Source: the human T2T-CHM13v2.0 reference genome, Homo sapiens
DNA length: 64,000 bases
Reading direction: 5' to 3' (one strand)
NCBI RefSeq assembly: GCF_009914755.1
Contig: NC_060931.1
The notes under the pieces were generated by a model. The model saw nothing but the letters and a program-made list of their open reading frames with translations. It did not search any database and was not told where the DNA came from. Made by a program: the position numbers and the translations under genes. Positions 55,575 through 64,000 of this stretch are shown piece by piece. Position 1 is the stretch's first letter. Every line of letters starts with the position of its first letter.

Positions 55575-55985
55575 TGTCTTAGTCCATTTTCGTTGTTATA
55601 AAAGAATACCTGAGACTGAGTAATCAATAAAGAAAAATAGTTTATTAAGCTCACAGTTCTGCAGGCTGAGAAGTTCAAGGGCATGGTCCTGGCTTCTGGC
55701 AAGGACTTTCAAGCTTTGTCACAACATGGCTGAGAAGGTCAAAGGGGAAGCAGACATATGCAAATGAAAAAAACCTGAGGGGCATCCTGGCTTTATAACA
55801 ACCCACTCTTGAGGAAACTAATCCAGTTACTACCTCAAGAACAGCAACAAGCCATTCATGAGGCATCTGCCTCCATATCCCAAACACCTACTACTAGCTC
55901 CACGCCCATCAACACTGCCACATTGGGGATCAAAGTTCAACCTGAGTTTCGGTAAGGACAAACAAACCATATCCAAATAATAGCA
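55575..55985 (-). mobile_element. MaLR solo LTR (MST family)
   Basis: TGTCTTAGTCCATTTT...GCTCACAGTTCTGCAGGCTG...CATTGGGGATCAAAGTTCAAC...ATAGCA; TG...CA termini. Confidence 0.85.
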
Positions 55986-57838
55986 CCCGAGTACCCCAAC
56001 TGCTCTTAGGCACCATAGTTGCCCAAGTCATTTGTGAGTAGGCACTGTTTAATTATCATTTAGTGCAGACAAAGGATATTTGACATTTAAGGTTTTTTTC
56101 TAGAATACATTAAATTTCTTAAATATTTATTTTTACTAATGTTTTTCAATTGAAGATTAGAAAGAATGAACAAGAGAAATGGTTCCTCCCTCCCAAATTG
56201 ACTTCCCAAGCAACTCTTTTAGCATATAATAAAATTCCCTTATTCTATTCCCAGATAATCCCTAGAGGTAGTTGACAGCTGTATATCTAGAATCTCAGTT
56301 CCTGGTAACTCAGGATAATTTACAGAATAACATTTTGATCCAAGACAGTCGAAAAAGAGAGCAGGTGAATCTTTGGAATATCATTAAATCATTAATTACT
56401 ATTTTCTATTTAGCCTTATAGTCCTTACATAAGAAAATCCCTGAATTAAAATTAATTATAACTTATATAACTTTGAATCATTGGCTAGTTATTCTCAATC
56501 AGTCCATGTTACAAAAAAAAGAAACAGGTGGAAGTCAGACTCAGAGATAGCACCTTATAAAAATTTATTATAGATAAAATTCTTTTTAAAAAACAAATAT
56601 TTTTTCCTATTTTATTTCCAAGAGGTTTCAACATTACTTAAATCTCATATATATCAGCCTGATGTTAGAATAAATCTAATAAAATAATACAACATCCTAC
56701 TTTCTAGGCATAAGTTGATGTGAAGACTACACATGCTCATTTCTACTTTGAGTCTCTTGGGTAATACCCTAAGTTTCATCACTGACTGCAGTTCTTAAGA
56801 TTAATTAAAGTAGGGTGAATGATATTTTGCTAGCTTTTGGACCACAACATTGGCCCATCAAATTACCCTATCAGTCCAAGTCTGAAATAATACCCAACTG
56901 TGACAACTGGGCTTAAGTCTTCTTACTAAGGGCTAAACCTCACCAAAATCCAATGTTGAGGTTGGAAGAGTATTCACTAATGACCTCTCTCTTCTTTTGT
57001 ACCTACTTGAGAATGAACACAGGTAGTTAGACGTGGATTAAAATGCATCTTTATTATGGTCAAGCTAAGTTGTAGAATGCAATTTGGGCCTTAGGTTAAA
57101 AGGTTAAAATTATCCATCCTACTCCTTTCCTCCTCCCCAGTTCTGGATCTGAGGATGAGATGTGGTCAGAGTATATACCCTACATAGCCCCCTCAAGGAG
57201 GAACATGAGCTGCCTCACACCCATCAATAACTTGGGAGAGGAACAAAAGCAAGGCCAATATGCCTAGAAGCCTACCTTTTTAAGACAAGGTCTTTGTAGA
57301 TTGCATGTAAGTACAGAGTATAGAACTAAAGCCCCAGTTTGTTCTCAGGACATTGTCAACACCGATATATAAGTTTTCTCCAGTCCAGTGACAGCTCTTA
57401 TCAGGAGATACATATCAGATTGGACTTATTTGCACATATGTAAAATTTACAACCAGATGGCTAGGGGTTGTACATATGTCTAGTGCAACATATTAGGGTT
57501 CACTAAGTATAAAAATCCTAAGAGCTTGATGACACTTGTTCCTGCTTCAGAGGACCTGCTGTCCTTTGTTTCCCTAACATTGAAAGATCAAGTCTCTGAC
57601 CTAATACCCTGGACTTCATGGTGATGAAAGTCGTCACAGTGATTCCAATCCACAGTGATAGCCTAAAGGATCACTTTGAAGAAGACGCATTCCTACCTAT
57701 GAGATGATAAATGAACCATCACAGACACCCACCTAGAGGTTAAAAGGTGGTGTTCTGTACCTACTCCAAAGGAATGTGTGAGTTATTTTTATTATAAATA
57801 GGAAAGTGTAGTTTAGACGGTTTAGTTTTATGTAGGAA

Positions 57839-58134
<296 letters not shown>

Positions 58135-58202
58135 TATGTAGAATTTCTAAATGTTGATTAATTCCATACTTATGTATATAGTTAATTCTTATAATACATA
58201 TT

Positions 58203-58590
58203 TGTTATGGACTAAATTGTCTGCCTTCCCTCCTGCAAATCTATATATTGAAGCCCTGACCCCCAGTGTGACCTATTTGGAGAAAGGGCCTTTAAGGAAG
58301 TAATTAAGATTAAATGAGTTCATAAGGGTGGGGTCCTAATCAAATAGAACTAGTGTTTTAAGAAAAGGAAGAACCACCAGGAACACCCGCACAGAGGAAA
58401 GGTCATGTGAGGACACAGCAAAAAAGGTAGCTATCTGCAAGCCAAACACAAGGGTCTCACCAGACAACAACTCTGCCAGCATGTTGATCTTAGAATTCTG
58501 ACATCCAGAACAGGGAGAAAATGAATTTTTGTTATTTTATCCAACCAGCCTATGGTATTTTGATATGGCACCCCCTAGCAGACTAATACA
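58203..58590 (+). mobile_element. MaLR solo LTR (MLT1A-like) with 5-bp TSD ATATT
   Basis: TGTTATGGACTAAATTGT...GCAGACTAATACA; ATATT at 58198-58202 and 58591-58595. Confidence 0.9.
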
Positions 58591-59049
58591 ATATTGTATT
58601 TTGTATTCTATAAATTTTCTATTTATTATGATATAATATAGAGGAGTATAACATATAATATAGTATAAGAATACTAAATATTAGTATACATTATATCATA
58701 TATCATAGTTATTTAATAAGTTTTATAATAATAGTATAATATAGTATAATAGATGTAGGTAAAATAAGTATAAATATATTATTATATGTTATATAGTATT
58801 GCCTAAAGACAGGGATACAGTCTGAAAAATGTGTCAGGCAATTTTGTCATTGTGTGAACATCATAGAGTGTACTTACATAAACCTAGATGGTATAGCCTA
58901 CTACACACCTAGGCTGTATGGCTATTGCTTTGAGGCTACAGGCCTGTATAGCATGTTACTATACTAAACATTATAGATAATTGTAACACAATGGTCAATA
59001 TTTCTGTAGAAAAGTTACAGTAAAAATACAGTATAAAAGATAAAAAATA

Positions 59050-59346
59050 GGCAAGGCGCAGTGGCTCATGCTTGTAATCCCAGCACTTTGGGAGGCCAAG
59101 GCGGGCAGTAATCACAAGGTCAGGAATTTAAGACCAGCCTGGCCAACATAGTAAAATGCCATCTCTACCAAAAATATAAAAAATTAGCAGGGCATGGTGG
59201 CGGGCACCTGTAATCCCAGCTACTCAGGAGGCTGACGCAGGAGAATTGCTTGAACCTGGGAGGAGGAGGTTGCGGTGAGCCGAGATCATGCCATTGCACT
59301 CTAGCCCAGGCGACAGTGCGAGACTCCGTCTCGAAAAAAAAAAAAA
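59050..59346 (+). mobile_element. Alu inserted into the Tigger3-like element
   Basis: Full dimer; approximate TSD AAAAGATAAAAAA. Confidence 0.95.
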
Positions 59347-59697
59347 GATAAAAAAAGAGTACACCTATGGGGGGACACAAGATAAGTGGAGTTTATAGGA
59401 CTGGAAGTTGCTCTGGGTGAGTCAATGAATGAGTCGTGAGTGAATATGAGGGCCTAGGACATTATTATATATGACTGTAGACTCTATAAGCATAGTATAT
59501 TAGGCTACACTAAATTTATTTAAAAATTTTTCTTTTTTCAATAATAAATTAAGTTTAACTTACTGTAATTTTTAGCTTCATAAACTTTTTAATTTTTTTA
59601 GCTTTTTGACTATTGTAACACAGCTTAAAACAGAGATATTGTACAGTTGTATAAAAATATTTTCTCTTTATATCCTTATTCTATAAGCTTTTTTCTA

Positions 59698-61690
59698 TTT
59701 TTTTTTATTTTTATAGATTTAGGGAGTACAAGTATATATTTTTTCACACGGATATATTTTATGGTGGTGAAGTCTGGGCTTTCCGTGTAACCATCACCCA
59801 AATAGTGTACGTTGTACCCAACAGGTAATTTCACATCCCTTATTCCTTTCTCTCCCTCCTACCTTTTGGACTCTCCAGTGTCTGTTATTCCACTCTCTAT
59901 GTCCATGTGTACACATTTATTAGCTCCCACTTATAAGGGGGAACATGTGGGATTTGCCTTTGTTTCTCAGTTATTTCCACTGAAGAAATACACACATACT
60001 GAGGCATACACACACTGAAGGTATATACACATATACACCATAAAATACTACTCACATTTTCTTTATCCAATCATCCATTGATGGACACTTAGATTGATTC
60101 CATGACTGTGCTACTGTGAATAGTGTGGTGATGAACATACAAGTGCAGATTTCTTGTTCATACAATGATTTATTTTCCTATGGGTAGATACCCAGTAGTG
60201 GGATTTCTGGATCAAACAGTAGTTTCTGTTTAGTTCTTTGAGATATTTCCATACTGTTTTCCATCCATAAATGTTGTACTAATTTACATTCATACCGACA
60301 GTGTATAAGCATTATCGTTTCTCCACATCCTCACAAACATCTGTTGTTTTGTTCTTGTCAATCTTTTTAAGCTCCCCTGAAACATGGGAATCTGTTGTTT
60401 TTTGACTTTTTAATAATATCCATTCTGACTGTTGTGAGATGGTATGTCACTGTGGTTTCATTGGCATGTCCCTGATGATTAGTGATATTGAGAACTTTTT
60501 CACGTTTCTTGGCCACTGGACAATTCTCATTCTGGTCAGTTATTCATTTGATCTTGTGAATGTCATGGTGAAAGGAACACCATAGTTACAAGATGAAATG
60601 AAAACACTCACGTGCATCATAGTCACAGAAATTTGTCACAAGATGGAAAAGACATTGATTCCACTTTGAACCAAACTTTATAGAACACTATTAATGGAAA
60701 TTAGTGGAAATGGCTGCTAAAGTAAAAGTTAAGGTGAATGATCTAATCTGACTTGATTTATTGAATCCAGAACTTTTATGCTAAATCCCCCTGGTAATCA
60801 ACTAAATAAAAATCCCTTTATACCACTACTTAGTAAGTCAGTAAAGGTGTGCTACTCATTAGATGCTAATCTCACTTACTGAGGAATGCAGAATTGCATA
60901 CTGTTTCCACAGTTCAGCCAGTACACCCTGATCTCAGTCTATAACTCCCTATTGTTCTTCCCTACTAATCAACTCACTGTCTTCCAAAAGAGCCCATGGC
61001 AATAAAAAAGAAGCCAAATTCCCATGTCCTTAAAGAAAATTAAGCCCAGGAATCACCTCCCCCATTCCTATCTGGAGTATAAGATTAGAATAAAAACCCA
61101 CAGTATTACCAGTGTATTATTTGGCCACTTTTTAATGGGGTTTGTTTTCTTGTTGAGTTGTTTTAGTTTCTTATAGATTCTGGATATTAGTCCTTCATCA
61201 GATGAATAGTTTGCAAATATTTCTCACATTCTGTAGGTTGTGTGTTTACTCTGTTGATTGTTTCTTTTGATGTGCACAAGCTTTTCAGTTTAAGTCCCAT
61301 TTGTCTATTTTTGTTTTTGGTGCCTTTGCTTTTGAGTCATAAATTCTTTGTCTAGGTCAATGTCCAGAAGTTTTTCTTTGTGCTTAGGATTGCTTTGTCT
61401 GGTCAGGCTTTGTTTTTGTTTCCATATGAATTTTAAGATTGTTTTTTCTAATTATGTGGAAAATGATATTAGTAATTTGATAGGAATTGCATTGAATCTG
61501 TAGATTTCTTTGGGCAGTATGGTCATTTTAACAATAGTGATTCTTCCAATCTATAAGCACGGAATGTTTTTCCATTTGTATGTGGAAAGAATACTGATAG
61601 AAGAATCTACAATTTATTCCATCAGTATTTTTTAGTTCTCCTCATAGAGATCTTTCACCACCTTGGTTAAATGTATTCCTAGGTATTTTG

Positions 61691-61721
<31 letters not shown>

Positions 61722-62970
61722 GGTAGCTATTCTAAATGGTATTGAGTTTGTGACTTGGTTTTCGGCTTGATCTTTATTAGTGTATAGAAATGCTACTGGT
61801 TTTTGTATGGTGATTTTGTATCCTGAAATTTTACTGAGTCATTTATTAAATCTAGGAGTCTTTGGAAGAGTCTTTTGGATCTTTTAGGTATAAGATTATA
61901 TCATCAGCAAACAGATAATTTGACTTCCTCTTTTCCAATTTGGATTTCTTTTATTTCTTTCTCTTGCCTGATTGTTCTATTTAGGTCTGCCAGTACTATG
62001 TTGAATAGGAGTGATTAAAGTAGGCATCCTTGACTCGTTCCAGTTCTTACGGGGAATGCTTTCAACTTTTCCCTATTCAGTATGATGTTGTCTGTGGGTT
62101 TGTCATATATGGCTTTTATTATTTTGAGGTATGCTCCTTTGATGCTTGGTTTTCTGAGGGTTTTTAACATGAAGCGGTGCTAAATTTTATCAAATGCTTT
62201 GTCTGCATCTATTGAGATGATTGTATAGTTTTTGTTTTAAATTGTATTTATGTGGTGAATCACATTTACTGGTTTGCAAATGTTGAGCCATGCTTACATC
62301 CCTGGAATAAAACCCAGTTGATTGTGGTGAATTATCTTTTTGATGTGCTGTTGGATTTGGTTTGCTAGTAATTTGTTGTGGATTTTTTAATCTATGTTCA
62401 TCAGGGATATTGGCCTGTAGTTTCTGTTGTTGCTGTTGTTTGCTTGCCTGGCTTTGGTATCAGGGTGATACTGGCTTTGCAGAACAAGTTAGGGAGGAGT
62501 CCCTTCCCAATTTTTTAGAACCAGTTCTTCTTTGTACATCTATCAGAATTCAGCTGTGAATCTGACTGGTCCTTTATTATTATTACTATTACTGATTCAA
62601 TCTCAGTACTCATTATTGCTCTGATCAAGATTTCTATTTCTTCCTGGTTTCATCTTGGGAGGTAGTACGTTTCCAGGAATTTATCCATTTCCTCTAGGTT
62701 TTCTAGTTCGTGTGCATAGAGATGCTCATAGTAGTCTCTGATGATCTTTTGCATTTCTATGTAATCAGTTGTAATGTGTCCTTTTTCATTCAATTGTACT
62801 TATTTGAGTTTTGCTTTTTCTGGGTTAATTTAGCTAGTGATCTATCAACTTTGTTTATCTTTCAAAAGAACCAATTTTCACTTTGTTGAGCCTTTGCATT
62901 GTTTCTTGGGGTCTAAATTTCCTTTATTTATCCTCTGATCTTTGTTACTTTTTCTCTTCTGACAGCTTAG
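59698..62970 (-). mobile_element. 5'-truncated L1 (L1PB-like), antisense, containing a ~600-bp foreign insert
   Basis: L1PB-type 3' end TTTATAGATTTAGGGAGTACAAGT...GAAGTCTGGGCTT; antisense ORF2-like sequence 61120-62970. Confidence 0.85.
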
Positions 62971-64000
62971 CTTCTTTCTTTTTAAAATTTTTTATTTTCT
63001 TTTTACTGTTAAACTTTTGGTTAACAACTAAGACACAAACACACACATTAGCCTAGGCCTACACAGGGTCAGGAGCATTAATAACATTGTCTTCTGCCTC
63101 CACATCATGTCCCACTGGAAGGTCATTAGGAGCAATAACATGCATGAAGCCGTCATCTCCTATGATTACTGTGCCTTCTTCTGAATATAATGGATCTGCC
63201 TGAGGCTGCTTTACAGTTAACTTTTTTTTTCTATAAGTAGAAGAAGTACATTGTAAAATAACGATAAAAAGTATCTTATAGTAAATACATAAACCAGTAA
63301 TACAGTCATTTGTTATCATTAGAAATATCTACTCTACATAATTATATGTGCTATACTTTTATACAACTGACAGTGAAGTAGGTTGGTTTATACCAGCTAA
63401 CCACAAACACATGAATAATGCATTGCACTACAATGCTATGATAGATATGACATCACTAGGCAGTAAGAATTTTTCAGCTCCACTATAATCTTATATGCAG
63501 TCAGTTATTGACCAAAATGTAATTATGAGATGTATGACTGTATGTGCATATGTATTTGGTATTTATTATAGTAAAATAAATAAAAGTAATCTCAACAGGT
63601 TATTATATCAAAACCAGTGGAATGTCTGTAGTATATTCACTACACTTAGAATCCCCTGTAATTCTACAGCCTTGCTTTTGACCCTGACACAGGAGGTCTT
63701 CGAATTCAAGAGCTCTAGAGTGATGTAATGGAAAGCATTATATTGGCAGCAAGCCTCAGTAAGAAAGTGCAAATGCAATGTGATGGACCTTGAAGGAGCA
63801 TTGATCATCACCTACATCTCCTTGATGCTCCAGGGAAGAGAAGAGGAAATTTTCCTTACTGAAATTCCTCTGAGAAGCTGAGTTCTTGTTACATGGGCCA
63901 TAGTATGAAAGCAGGATGAGACAGAGAATGGTTTCCCTCTATTTACTCCAGCTCCTCATTCTATTAACTGGTTGGGTTTCACAGCCAAGGCTGTAGGGTG

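Larger units (their letters stand above)
58793..63540 (+). mobile_element. Tigger3-like DNA transposon split by nested Alu and L1 insertions
   Basis: Left part GAACATCATAGAGTGTACTTACATAAACCTAGATGGTATAGCCTAC; resumes after the Alu (~59357) and after the L1 (~62980); right end ATGTATGACTG|TA. Confidence 0.8.

Overview
This window is mammalian genomic DNA with primate Alus, recognisable as the human imprinted SGCE/PEG10 locus (7q21.3). On the minus strand, SGCE (epsilon-sarcoglycan) coding exons 1-5 can be read directly with intact GT-AG junctions and continuous frame; the gene continues past the left edge. On the plus strand, head-to-head from a shared CpG-island promoter, lies PEG10, a domesticated Ty3/gypsy (Sushi-like) retrotransposon gene. 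PEG10 has a short exon 1 with two donors 11 nt apart, a 6.7-kb intron, and a large exon 2. Exon 2 carries a Gag-like RF1 and a protease/truncated-RT RF2, joined by a G_GGA_AAC -1 frameshift and a pseudoknot, followed by a ~4-kb 3'UTR. This virus-like gene is the most striking system here, but it is already described. The least-explained structures are non-coding. They include a degenerate GCGCTTCA-n-TGCGCTACAAA motif array and a 45-bp GC-box minisatellite at the imprinting control region, where I found no ZFP57 hexamer. Others are a doubly palindromic 37-bp AT array, a 153-bp tandem array, an in-frame 108-nt SGCE cassette exon flanked by inverted Alus, candidate poison exons and several local duplications. 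The rest is ordinary interspersed repeat (Alu, L1, L2, MIR, CR1/L3, MaLR, Tigger). Repeat family calls are by eye, and literature statements are from recall and need checking.
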